A stretch of DNA of 64,000 nt, from contig DATIJH010000005.1 in assembly GCA_035478835.1 (NCBI GenBank), positions 5,593 through 69,592 of the forward strand. The letters run 5' to 3'. The notes under the pieces are model-generated. The model had not been told where the DNA came from, ran no database searches, and saw only the letters and a program-made list of their open reading frames with translations. Below, in pieces: positions 18,272 through 27,317 of the stretch (the stretch's first letter is position 1; each line of letters starts with the position of its first letter). The stretch comes from Candidatus Saccharimonadales bacterium (GTDB taxonomy: Bacteria > Patescibacteriota > Saccharimonadia > Saccharimonadales > UBA4665). Both the position numbers and the translations under genes were made by a program.

Positions 18272-18303
18272 AAAAACACCCAGGCGTATGCCCGGGTGTT
18301 TTT
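18272..18303 (+). terminator. intrinsic terminator
   Basis: AAAAACACCC-AGGCGTATGCC-CGGGTGTTTTT. Confidence 0.7.
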
Positions 18304-18367
18304 GTATCCCCACATTTTATAAAGTTTTCCACTAGCATTTTAAATAGTCGTATGACAATATATAGAC

Positions 18368-18772
18368 ATGGTTTGTATATATTGTGGACATTCGACCAGC
18401 GTTTTAAACTCTCGCCTTCAGAAGCGTCAAAACCACACATGGCGGCGGCGCAACTGCGAAAACTGCGCCGCTACATTCACAACACAGGAACAGCCTGTGC
18501 TCTCCCAAGCCGTATTGGTACGCGCACCCGGCCATAAACGTCCCGTGCCGTTCTCGCGGGATACGCTGTTCCTCAGCATTTATGAATGTTGCAAACACCG
18601 CCCCAACCCTGTCGCGGATGCCGCAGCCCTTACTGGGACCGTCCTCGCCAAGGCACTTAAAACCGTGACAGACGGTGCCATCGACCGTGACACGCTTGTA
18701 GCGGTCAGTCACGAGGCGCTCTCCCTATTCGACGGCGTGGCAGCCGGCCTCTACGCCGCCTACCATCTATAG
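18368..18772 (+). CDS. nrdR: NrdR-like transcriptional repressor (zinc ribbon + ATP-cone)
   Basis: MVCIYCGHSTSVLNSR...RRRNCENCAATFTTQE gives CxxC...CxxC. The C-terminus LFDGVAAGLYAAYH resembles the NrdR ATP-cone end. Confidence 0.7.
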   Translation: MVCIYCGHSTSVLNSRLQKRQNHTWRRRNCENCAATFTTQEQPVLSQAVLVRAPGHKRPVPFSRDTLFLSIYECCKHRPNPVADAAALTGTVLAKALKTVTDGAIDRDTLVAVSHEALSLFDGVAAGLYAAYHL

Positions 18773-18782
18773 GCCGTGGCCC

Positions 18783-20393
18783 TTAGGAGCGTACTTCGCC
18801 CTTCTTGTTTACCACGGCTTTTTCAGTGACGTCGAACTTGCCGATGTAACGCCCAAACATAAGTCGCGTCTGCGAGTTAAGTGCTGCGAATGAGTTGAAG
18901 ACAATCGTCGTAATCGGTAAGTACGCCCACTGTAATATCATGAATAGATTGCGATGGCGTTTGTACCGTTCTGGACGTGGCGGCAATGTCTTAAGACAGA
19001 TGAAGATGGTCACGAGTCCAAACACCAATGCCACTGTCTGAATACGGCTGACGAGCAACGGAAGTTCATTAGCCGCGTAGCTTTGCGGATGGAACAACGC
19101 CGGAATAAACCCGCCTACGAGCACCAGGATAGGCCCGACCGCCCATGTTACGTGCCCTTCAATTGTACGCAGTAATTTTAGGAAAAGATCGCGTTTTGGC
19201 ACTTTATTGGGCTTAAAGTAACCTTCATTTACAATATACGCTACGTCAGATGCGCCCCACGTCCAGCGGCGCAGCTGCAAGAACTGAGCCTTTAATGTTT
19301 TTGGGTACGAATCAGCTAGTACAGCATCCTGATAAATTGGCACATGCAGCGGATAGACGGTGTAATCGCCGTCAAAACGGAAGTACGCACGCCAATACTG
19401 GTGGCCGTCCTCGACAATTGTGCGTACGCTCCAGAAGTCGGTTTCGATAAGCGAAGCCATGCCCTGAGCGTGCGATGAAAAGTTGCGCAGCGAGTGTTGA
19501 CGCAGCGATTGCACTAAGTGATAAAAAGAGTTGCCTGTCGCCAGCACACGCATCGGCGCCGGAGCGTCCCAAATATTATTATTGTAAATTGATACCGGCT
19601 GGAAGGAGGCACGCACCGGGTCCTCGCAGGCGACATACACGTACGTCAATGCAGCGAGGTATTCTTTATCCGGGCGGTTATCTGAATCGAGCGTCGTAAC
19701 TACAACGCGAAGCGGATCAATGTGTTTGCGCTCAAGATAACCTTTAAGGTAACGGCCGGCATGCGTAACGTTACCTCCTTTACCGAGCACTTCGCCGGGC
19801 ACATCTTTGGGGTGTTCGACTGCCATGGCGTCAAAAAAATGCTCCTTATATTGCGCTATGAGTTCTTTGGATTGTTCGGCAACCCGCGGACCGCCGCGCT
19901 CCTCATATGCAAGCACCAGTATGACCTTTTTCATATCGTAGTTCGACTTAAGTATGGACTGAATCGTCGGCTCAAGGACTTCCCGGCTTTCATTATATGT
20001 AGCAATGATGACGGCCTGCAGTACCTCGCTGGGCTGCAGCAAACGCGGCTTGACGGTTTGTTTGAGGATTTGGTCGTAATGCCATTGCGGACGGCGCGCA
20101 TCGGCCTCCTCAACCTTGCCCGCTTCCAGCTCTTCGAGCAGCTTTCGCCAGTTGAGTTTGCGGTGCTGCTGCATTTCATGGTAGCCGTGCAAGGCGCGCA
20201 CGGCAGTCGCAAACACACGCGTAAAGTTTATAAGCAGATATAAAAGTACGAAAAAGGCCGCAAGCGTCACGTTAATAAAGCTCAAGATAAACGGCAGCGC
20301 AAGCATAAACCAGCTTAGTGCGCCCGGCAAAATCTCGAAAAAGCGATAGCCTTTGCCGCGATCCTTCTCGTATGGAATTTCAATGTCTGTCAT
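18783..20393 (-). CDS. membrane-embedded processive family-2 glycosyltransferase (cellulose/chitin-synthase-like)
   Basis: 536 aa. It has VIIATYNESREVLEPTI, TLDSDN, the QLRRWTWGASD (QxxRW) motif and flanking TM helices. Confidence 0.8.
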   Translation of the reverse strand: MTDIEIPYEKDRGKGYRFFEILPGALSWFMLALPFILSFINVTLAAFFVLLYLLINFTRVFATAVRALHGYHEMQQHRKLNWRKLLEELEAGKVEEADARRPQWHYDQILKQTVKPRLLQPSEVLQAVIIATYNESREVLEPTIQSILKSNYDMKKVILVLAYEERGGPRVAEQSKELIAQYKEHFFDAMAVEHPKDVPGEVLGKGGNVTHAGRYLKGYLERKHIDPLRVVVTTLDSDNRPDKEYLAALTYVYVACEDPVRASFQPVSIYNNNIWDAPAPMRVLATGNSFYHLVQSLRQHSLRNFSSHAQGMASLIETDFWSVRTIVEDGHQYWRAYFRFDGDYTVYPLHVPIYQDAVLADSYPKTLKAQFLQLRRWTWGASDVAYIVNEGYFKPNKVPKRDLFLKLLRTIEGHVTWAVGPILVLVGGFIPALFHPQSYAANELPLLVSRIQTVALVFGLVTIFICLKTLPPRPERYKRHRNLFMILQWAYLPITTIVFNSFAALNSQTRLMFGRYIGKFDVTEKAVVNKKGEVRS

Positions 20394-20752
20394 TATCGAA
20401 GAACCAAAAGTGCATTACTCACAATAACAGCCAGCGCGAACAGCGGCAGTCCGAGACCTAAAATCGTTACGGCAAGCTCGCGGCGGATCGGATATGTGCG
20501 GATACTTAAAATAACCTGCAGCGCCAAAACAATCGCAGCAAAAAATGCGAATGCCACAAGATTACTGACGTCACCCGGTTTAAAGGCACTAATGCCGAGA
20601 TTCGCCCGGTATTGCACAATGTAACCCTGCCCGCCTGCGCCTGCGCCAAGACGCAAAAAAACTAAGGCGATACACAGGAGGGCCAGAAAACCATTAATGC
20701 TCAAGAGAAGAAGAATGAGCCGATCGTGAAAATATTTCTTTGGCAGTGGCAT
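20393..20752 (-). CDS. small membrane protein (119 aa, 3-4 TM), coupled to the GT2 gene
   Basis: Its stop overlaps the GT2 start. Hydrophobic helices are present throughout. Confidence 0.55.
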   Translation of the reverse strand: MPLPKKYFHDRLILLLLSINGFLALLCIALVFLRLGAGAGGQGYIVQYRANLGISAFKPGDVSNLVAFAFFAAIVLALQVILSIRTYPIRRELAVTILGLGLPLFALAVIVSNALLVLR

Positions 20753-20835
20753 AGTTGTTTTACTATTGTACGGCCTCGCTGGACGTTCGCATAGTCTTAA
20801 TTATATCCGCATTGCCGCCGAGCACAATATTAGTG

Positions 20836-21474
20836 CTACACAACTTCCAGCACTCGCTTAAAGTCATCTACAACGTGGGTAGGTTTGAGTGCGCACAAAA
20901 CTTTATAGTCATAGAATTTATGGTGCTCTTCTGGGAAGAATAATATGGAATCAACGCCAAAACTCTGCGCTGCACCAAGATCATTGCCGGAATCGCCAAT
21001 CATGACTGCAAGTTCTTTACTCCCGCCCAATTCAGCAAGTGCCTTCTCGAGTGGCTCGGGATGTGGTTTGTGCTGCGTAACATCATCGCCAGTAATGACA
21101 GTCTCAAAGATCTGCCGCAGCTCATACTTTTCAAGCAAGTGTTCTACATTTTCACGAGGTGACGTGGTAATAAGAGCGAGGTGTTTGCCTGCTTTATGCA
21201 ACTCACTAAGAACAATGAGAGCGTCAGGATATAGCTCGACTTCGGGCAGCATTCGCTTGGCCATACGATCTGCGTCTACGAACGCAGCCCATGGATCCGC
21301 AAGCCCCCACTCCTCAAAATGCTTTACGATTTGCCCAAAACTAGCCCCGATTTCGCTGTCGCTTTTATGTATGCCATGTTCTTCCATGACGTTCCGCACA
21401 GCGTCTAGCCAAATGTCGAGCGTCTTGGCCAGGTTGCCATCCCAGTCTAAAAGAATGTATTCGTATTTTTTCAT
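20836..21474 (-). CDS. HAD-superfamily hydrolase (phosphatase, PGP/beta-PGM-like)
   Basis: ILLDWDGNLAKT (DxDG motif I), LITTSPRE (motif II) and MIGDSGNDLGAA (motif IV). Confidence 0.8.
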   Translation of the reverse strand: MKKYEYILLDWDGNLAKTLDIWLDAVRNVMEEHGIHKSDSEIGASFGQIVKHFEEWGLADPWAAFVDADRMAKRMLPEVELYPDALIVLSELHKAGKHLALITTSPRENVEHLLEKYELRQIFETVITGDDVTQHKPHPEPLEKALAELGGSKELAVMIGDSGNDLGAAQSFGVDSILFFPEEHHKFYDYKVLCALKPTHVVDDFKRVLEVV

Positions 21475-21479
21475 AATAT

Positions 21480-21554
21480 TGGTGCGGGTACTGGGAGTCG
21501 AACCCAGATCTCAGCCTTGGGAAGGCTGCATAATGGCCGCTATACGATACCCGC
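21480..21554 (-). tRNA. tRNA-Gly (anticodon CCC), CCA encoded
   Basis: GCGGGTA acceptor, anticodon arm CAGCC-TTCCCAA-GGCTG, T-loop TTCGACT. Confidence 0.9.
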
Positions 21555-21619
21555 ATATAAAATTACAGCACCGCGTAAGCGCTACGCCTGATACTGCCGC
21601 ACTAAGAATGTACAAAATT

Positions 21620-21696
21620 TGGAGCCACCTTGGGGATTCGAACCCCAGACCCCCGCTTTACGAAAGCGATGCTCTAGCCAACTGAGCTAAGGTGGC
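21620..21696 (-). tRNA. tRNA-Thr (anticodon CGT), discriminator U73, CCA encoded
   Basis: GCCACCT acceptor, anticodon arm TCGCT-TTCGTAA-AGCGG, T-loop TTCGAAT, 3' end GGTGGC-T-CCA. Confidence 0.9.
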
Positions 21697-21870
21697 AACA
21701 ATCGGTTTGTATTATAGCAACTCTTGCGGTCTTGTACCAGATCTTCTTTGCAATGGTTTTTTGTCCAATATTGTTAGAGCTATTCTTGGATGTCTTTTCT
21801 GCGATCATATAATAGAATGTCGTCAATCACCCCTGTTAAATGTGAACACATTTTTTATTCATAGCTCAAT

Positions 21871-22929
21871 CTACACATCGCTCGAATGCCGTGCGTCGAG
21901 TACAATGTTATTCAATGCAGCAGTGCTAAGCAGCGCAAACAATGCTAAGTTATTGCCGAGACCGTGGCCGTAATGCGGGACTTCAAGCGTGTGTAAGCGG
22001 TCGGATTGCAGCGTGCGCAAATGCTCAAATCCTTGTGCCGTCGCCACCCTACTTTTTGAGCCACGCACAACCAGTAGATGCGCCTCGCCTTTCTTTTCAA
22101 GAAAATCACTCACGTCAGACAAAAATCCGTCCCCGCTGAGGCCGGACTCAAGCGTCTGCTGCAATGGCATTGTTTTGTCGCCCCGACGAAAGCGAATACT
22201 TTTGTATAGCTGTCGGAGCAAGTCGCGCGGCCTCACTTCCTGCAGCTCTTCAAAAACCGGCAAAGCAGTATCGTGAACGGCCTGAATAAAACCAAGGGCA
22301 CTCGCTGTATGCGCAAATTTGAGCGCTCGCTCACTACGAGCCTGGAGGTTGGCGGGCTCGAACAAGCCCGAGTGGCCGACTTCGAATTGATCCGCAAAAA
22401 TTGGCAGCACTCCCGCACCTATGCTTGCGCCTTGTGAATACCCTATTTCTTGTACTTGCTGAACCTTGAGTTTTCGCAACACGCCGGCTTGGCGACGGCC
22501 AATAGGCGCAAAATTGCCCGCAGTAACTTCATCTATCTCTGCTTGATTTAACAAGATGGTTTCACGAATGTGGTCAGTGGCGCGCATCCCCACCGGTGGG
22601 CGCGTACTTGGGCTCGGAAAGCTGATGATGCGTGTCGGCTCAGGCAAACAATCCTGCAGTAACCGCAATCGGCAAGCCCAGTTCAGACCGTGGCCATTGC
22701 CAGAAGTCTTTTGTATAACAAGTGCGTGGGCCCTATCGTAAGCCTCACGCGGTTCGTAATCGACAAACGTTATCCCATGTTCAGGATCGCGCGTAGCTTC
22801 AGGCGATATCCTCCTGATGTCATCAATGCCCATACTTATGTATTGCTCGTGCGCAGCACGAACGGCATCGAGCATATCGCCCTGCGGCTCAAAGCCCGAG
22901 GGCAGCACAAAACTATCTACACGCTTCAT
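21871..22929 (-). CDS. alpha/beta-hydrolase-fold protein (serine esterase/lipase-like)
   Basis: A nucleophile elbow GYSQG lies in EIGYSQGASIGAG, and a C-terminal HYGHG is a candidate catalytic His. The likely start is the internal ATG (MKRVDSFV) at 22929, not the track start at 22992. Confidence 0.55.
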   Translation of the reverse strand: MKRVDSFVLPSGFEPQGDMLDAVRAAHEQYISMGIDDIRRISPEATRDPEHGITFVDYEPREAYDRAHALVIQKTSGNGHGLNWACRLRLLQDCLPEPTRIISFPSPSTRPPVGMRATDHIRETILLNQAEIDEVTAGNFAPIGRRQAGVLRKLKVQQVQEIGYSQGASIGAGVLPIFADQFEVGHSGLFEPANLQARSERALKFAHTASALGFIQAVHDTALPVFEELQEVRPRDLLRQLYKSIRFRRGDKTMPLQQTLESGLSGDGFLSDVSDFLEKKGEAHLLVVRGSKSRVATAQGFEHLRTLQSDRLHTLEVPHYGHGLGNNLALFALLSTAALNNIVLDARHSSDV

Positions 22930-23506
22930 GCAGACTTTTATACCATATGATCCTGGCCGATAAAAGATGCCACCGCAATGCCAATGCAGCAAGCGCTACC
23001 GTACAATGCGAAGCATAAATAAACCCGAGCTCGTACTGTAAATAATACTTCTTGTCTAGGAATGTCAGGCCACCGGCAACACACATGCCTATTGCGAGTA
23101 ACATTTCAGGCCCATTGTAGCGCGGCAGACTAAACCAGAATGAAAAGGCCAGCCCCAGCATGCCGAGCGCCATTGTTTGAGCCATAAAATTATGCACAAA
23201 AATAGTTTTGTGCCGGGCCGGAATAATTGCCGCGAGCAGCTCGCCACCTATCATGAGGCTGCCAAAAAACGCCACGATAGCATGCGCCGCAATACGCGGA
23301 ATAATAAACCAGAATACGGTAATTGCAAATAGAGTGCCGCAAAACAGTAAAACGTTCCTGAAGCGAGCAAGCAATGTCTGCTCGGCAGCAGCCAGTTCAC
23401 TGAGCGTCCGGGGCTTAGGACTAATTTTTGCGAATGCGATATGCGTGAGCCCAATCACCGACACAACGCTCGCAATAAATACCGGATAGAACGTCCAGTC
23501 CTTCAT
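22913..23506 (-). CDS. integral membrane protein (197 aa, about 6 TM)
   Basis: Continuous hydrophobic helices. No motif recognised. Confidence 0.55.
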   Translation of the reverse strand: MKDWTFYPVFIASVVSVIGLTHIAFAKISPKPRTLSELAAAEQTLLARFRNVLLFCGTLFAITVFWFIIPRIAAHAIVAFFGSLMIGGELLAAIIPARHKTIFVHNFMAQTMALGMLGLAFSFWFSLPRYNGPEMLLAIGMCVAGGLTFLDKKYYLQYELGFIYASHCTVALAALALRWHLLSARIIWYKSLHEACR

Positions 23507-23601
23507 ACAGGCCCAATCCGCGTAGGATGTTCACCTATGTTATGCACTCGTTCCAACATGAGTAAATAATAACAGAAAAATACTGAGTACTTTCTGCTCG
23601 A

Positions 23602-24060
23602 TCATCGGCTGTGGCGGAATAACCCGTTGCCCGTCGATACAAATCCTAAAGCCTCATACACACTGCGCAACGGGCTTTCTGGCGCAAGCTCAGTATAAAG
23701 ATATGGAATCATTCGCTCGTGTGTAATACGCATGCGCGCTGCAATTATTGCCTTGCCGACGCCCAGATTTTGGTGTGAAGGCTTCACGGCAAGATCGCAT
23801 AAAACAGCGTGGCGCAAGTCGGCAGTCAGGCGTCCCATGCCCACCAGTAAATCATCTTGTTCCTGGTCGCGCACACCTACAATGACACCAAGCGGCTGAT
23901 CGATACATTGCCGCCAGATATGTGCCGTGTCGGGATCCCAGCCAACAGATTGCCGCAATTCGGCTATCTCACTTGGCTCTAAGTTAGCCTTATCCACAAA
24001 AATACAGCCTTCTGGCAGCATAGATCCGGGGTTCGTGGTTGAAATTCTCTCGCCAGTCAT
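23602..24060 (-). CDS. GNAT-family N-acetyltransferase
   Basis: The acetyl-CoA motif QNLGVGKAIIAARM lies in VKPSHQNLGVGKAII. The likely start is the internal ATG (MTGERIST) at 24060. Confidence 0.7.
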   Translation of the reverse strand: MTGERISTTNPGSMLPEGCIFVDKANLEPSEIAELRQSVGWDPDTAHIWRQCIDQPLGVIVGVRDQEQDDLLVGMGRLTADLRHAVLCDLAVKPSHQNLGVGKAIIAARMRITHERMIPYLYTELAPESPLRSVYEALGFVSTGNGLFRHSR

Positions 24061-24156
24061 ATTGTCTCCATCCCCTTTTACCAATCTAAAGGTATCGCGG
24101 GCAACGACAAATAACAAGCCTCATGTATATAACCTCTGCGGCTACGCTCTCATTTT

Positions 24157-24951
24157 TTACTGGGATGCGGAGACGACAGAGGATCCAGCAAATTGCGCTA
24201 TTGCTGCGCGGTCGTGCAGGCCGAGGCCCTCGGCATACATCTCACGCACCCAGCCGACACGTATCGCATCGAGAAGCCCTGCAATTTCCGTAAGCCCCGG
24301 ATCCCAGGGTTTCATAGCCCCGTTATCGTACACAAAGAGCGGAAGCTCCCCTTTTGCGTATTCGCGGATATGCTGCCGCGTAATGAGGGCATCTAGTTTT
24401 GGCCTTGCATGGTTAGTAGTGAACATGCCGCGCAGCGCAGCGCTGGGCAGCGCAATATTCACTTCATTCATGTCTCGCGTATGATTTGCCCGTATCTGGC
24501 GCGCCAGCTCGGGCAGCGTCTTCATGGCAGGCCCGTGGGCCACTAAGTTGCCTTCGTTGTCGGTGCCGCTACCGCTATCCTGATCTGCGATGTGTTCTAC
24601 TGTGGTACGTTTCGAGTCGGCAAGGAACCCCAATGGCTTGTAAACGCGAACGTTTTCGCCGGCAACAAGGAGCGTTGTAGACACATGGCGCATCCCTCCT
24701 TCTTCCTCCATCAGTGCAAGCTCTTCGTCGACCACACCAAAGTCCAACCCGCTACGGCGAAATAACGGGCCGTCGACAGCTCGCGCCAATAACCTGTCGG
24801 CCTGAAACCCCTCTAAGGTTTCTGTTACAGCAGCAGATTCATGAAGTGCATCAAAAAGTGGCCTTTCTTGAGCCGGCGGCGAGGTCGCGCCTGCGTATAA
24901 CGATGGATCCGTAATGGTTCTTTGAATTTGTTCTGACATTTTTGTTTTCAA
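24157..24951 (-). CDS. hypothetical protein (264 aa)
   Basis: Long ORF co-directional with its neighbours. No motif recognised by eye. Confidence 0.5.
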   Translation of the reverse strand: MKTKMSEQIQRTITDPSLYAGATSPPAQERPLFDALHESAAVTETLEGFQADRLLARAVDGPLFRRSGLDFGVVDEELALMEEEGGMRHVSTTLLVAGENVRVYKPLGFLADSKRTTVEHIADQDSGSGTDNEGNLVAHGPAMKTLPELARQIRANHTRDMNEVNIALPSAALRGMFTTNHARPKLDALITRQHIREYAKGELPLFVYDNGAMKPWDPGLTEIAGLLDAIRVGWVREMYAEGLGLHDRAAIAQFAGSSVVSASQ

Positions 24952-25006
24952 TCAATAAAAATATATTACCATAAAAATGGCGATATGTCACTTTGTACGT
25001 CTAGAA

Positions 25007-25402
25007 TTATTTTGCTGCCAACTCAAAGTCAAAGATCAAAAATGGATCATCATCCCTTATCTTTCCGCCTATATAAGCGTAATAACCTGAGAGCACCTCG
25101 CGCTGGTGATCCTTGTCTCTATACGCTTCGTGGGTAGTGGTACTCAAGGGCAGATTTTTGAAGGTAGTTTCTTTTTTCGCGGTAATACGGACTTTGCCCA
25201 CGCTTTTTCCAGTGCTTGAATCCTGAAGCGTTACAATATCACCCACCTGGAGGTGATCATATTTCTTACCGAACCGGTACGTTGTAAGCTTTTTATTATC
25301 ATGAATAAACTGCACGAGCTCTGGTGCGAAGGCGATCGCGTTGCGGTCTGGCTTAAATTCAGTCGTATTGGTCGTAGTCGAGTCTGGGGCTCTAAATGTC
25401 AT
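25007..25402 (-). CDS. ASCH-domain protein
   Basis: 131 aa. LVQFIHDNKKLTTYRFGKKYDHLQVGDIVTL...GKVRITAKKE follows the ASCH pattern and is paralogous to the N-terminus of the 10999-11814 product. Confidence 0.6.
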   Translation of the reverse strand: MTFRAPDSTTTNTTEFKPDRNAIAFAPELVQFIHDNKKLTTYRFGKKYDHLQVGDIVTLQDSSTGKSVGKVRITAKKETTFKNLPLSTTTHEAYRDKDHQREVLSGYYAYIGGKIRDDDPFLIFDFELAAK

Positions 25403-25460
25403 GAATCTATACTAACAAAAAATCACCCTTGTGAAAGAGGTGATTTAAACAAAGGATTCT

Positions 25461-25538
25461 TGGCGGGCCCGACCGGATTCGAACCGGCGATCTCCTCCGT
25501 GACAGGGAGGCGTGATAGGCCAACTTCACTACGAGCCC
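25461..25538 (-). tRNA. tRNA-Asp (anticodon GTC), CCA encoded
   Basis: GGGCTCG acceptor, anticodon arm CCTCC-CTGTCAC-GGAGG, discriminator G. Confidence 0.88.
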
Positions 25539-25637
25539 GCATTTCTTTGGCGCGGCCCGGAGGGCCAAAGCGCACATCAAGAACAGAGGTAATAATACCA
25601 GGCATTGCCGGTAAAATCAACCATAAAGCGCCCTCGT

Positions 25638-26705
25638 CTACAGCGCCACGAGTATAAAAGGTTTCTCCTGTTTGCGCAGCGGTGTAAGGTACGTTTCGAG
25701 ATTCTGGAAATTAAAGGAGATATGGGCAGCCTGTACTTTGCCGTCGCTCGATGAAAGCACTTTTACGATTTCGAGGGTGCTACCGGTGTTAATAATACTG
25801 GATGTCTGCCCTGGCGAAAGCGTAAAGAGCACCTTTATGATCTGCGGCGACAAGTCGCGGTTGGATTTGTCGATAGGCACGCCATACGCGCCGCCCGCAG
25901 CCTTCGTGGCGGCATCGTCCGAAACCTGATGCGCGAGCGTGGCAAAATCAGCCCCGGCTTGCAGCTGCGCAAGTGCGCTTTCGGCACGCTTGTGAGTGCC
26001 AGTGTCGAGCGCAGACACAAGCTTTTGCGCAAGCAACTGCTGCTTGAGCTCCCGCTTAAAGTCATCGATCGACCAGCCCCAGAACTCTTTTAGGACATCA
26101 GAGAAAACTTGGTCGCTGTTACCGAGACGATTTTCCTGACGCACGAGCATAATCTCGTCGTTCAGCTCCTGGTTTGTCACCGACACCTTGTACTTTGACG
26201 CCAATTCTTTTACATATGCTTCATCTATGACGGTCTGCAGCGCCGTCTTGCTAAAACTGGCGAGCTGCTGCTTGCCGGCTTCGCTGTTAAAATCAACTTT
26301 TTGCTGGGTCTGGTAATAGTGCATGTAGTGGCGCAGCTCGAATAAATAACTTTCGTAAGAGACAAAGTGCGAGCCGGCTTTGGCGATCGGAAACGGAATC
26401 ACCTGCGTGACGCGGTACATAAAGGTCGAGGTAGTATGGAACCGGTACAGCGCCAGCAAACAGTAGCCAAAAAAGCTCACGATAAGCACCACGAACAACC
26501 AGCTCGAGATTGTTACGATGCGGTGAATGGAATGCTGCAGCGGGTAAATGTATTTGCGAGCGCTCGACAACACCTCTTCGCGGTGCTCGGCGACGGTTTC
26601 GTTTGTGATGCGCGGAATATTCTCGATTGCTTCATCGAGCCGCGGTTTTTTAGCCACGCGCTGCCGCTTGATATGGCCAAGCGCGCTTTTGAATTTATGC
26701 TTCAT
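25638..26705 (-). CDS. membrane-anchored SurA-N/PpiC-type chaperone-like protein
   Basis: 355 aa with one TM (IVTISSWLFVVLIVSFFGYCLLALY). A long helical SurA-N-like region is followed by a parvulin-like segment (AGADFATLAHQVSDD...GGAYG). Confidence 0.55.
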   Translation of the reverse strand: MKHKFKSALGHIKRQRVAKKPRLDEAIENIPRITNETVAEHREEVLSSARKYIYPLQHSIHRIVTISSWLFVVLIVSFFGYCLLALYRFHTTSTFMYRVTQVIPFPIAKAGSHFVSYESYLFELRHYMHYYQTQQKVDFNSEAGKQQLASFSKTALQTVIDEAYVKELASKYKVSVTNQELNDEIMLVRQENRLGNSDQVFSDVLKEFWGWSIDDFKRELKQQLLAQKLVSALDTGTHKRAESALAQLQAGADFATLAHQVSDDAATKAAGGAYGVPIDKSNRDLSPQIIKVLFTLSPGQTSSIINTGSTLEIVKVLSSSDGKVQAAHISFNFQNLETYLTPLRKQEKPFILVAL

Positions 26706-27258
26706 CTTCTACTGCTGTATCTTTCGTTTGTGTGTACGGATTTTGGGCGGCTATGCCTTCGTCGCGTAATATTTCAAGCAACTTCTTTTGAATCGTGGCC
26801 GGATGGTGCACGTCGTGGATAACCAAATCCCCTACAAAAGTTTGCATCATTATTGTACCAAATCCGAATAGTGTCTGCGCAAGTCCTGCAACCTGATAAT
26901 TTACCATCTGGATTTGCGCCAAGCCCATATCCACAACGCTACGGTGGAAAAGCCCTTTTTGCGTGATCTGTATAAGTCGCTGGTCGGTCACAATGAATAC
27001 GCTAAAATGCCATCCGATCCAAGCCGGCAAAAACAATATAGTAGCAATTACGAGGCTCACCAGAAAGCTGACGCCAAAAAAGGTCATAGACGGCGAATCG
27101 TTGGGGCGAAGAAATGTGAGCGCCAGCGTGTACAACGGGCCGACCAATACGCCTAGGCCCGCAATAATCAGGCCGCGGCGCATTACAATCGGATGTTTGC
27201 GAAAGATAAATAGGACTTCTTCGTGGTCAAATTGATCGGCGAAGTATTTTTGCGGCAT
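26695..27258 (-). CDS. bacterial PH-domain (bPH_2/YdbT-like) membrane protein
   Basis: FIFRKHPIVMRRGLIIAG, then two TM helices, then the DQRLIQITQKGLFHRSVVDMGLAQIQ beta-sandwich pattern. Confidence 0.6.
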   Translation of the reverse strand: MPQKYFADQFDHEEVLFIFRKHPIVMRRGLIIAGLGVLVGPLYTLALTFLRPNDSPSMTFFGVSFLVSLVIATILFLPAWIGWHFSVFIVTDQRLIQITQKGLFHRSVVDMGLAQIQMVNYQVAGLAQTLFGFGTIMMQTFVGDLVIHDVHHPATIQKKLLEILRDEGIAAQNPYTQTKDTAVEDEA

Positions 27259-27317
27259 ACGCGTATTGTAGCAGTTTCTGCAGCAAAACGGATATGCTAA
27301 ATATCGGGCTGCTTCAG

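Noticed and set aside
18305-18370. NrdR boxes upstream of nrdR (CCACATTTTATAAAGT and GACAATATATAGACAT).
   Set aside because: Both are AT-rich partial palindromes that only loosely resemble the NrdR box. Their spacing (~44 bp) does not match the usual tandem arrangement. In an AT-rich promoter region this could easily be chance.
21697-25460. Calling the tRNA-bracketed block a bona fide genomic island.
   Set aside because: It has no integrase, recombinase or transposase. I could find no direct repeat of the tRNA-Asp 3' end at the far boundary (21697-21870). It is kept only as a hypothesis under findings.
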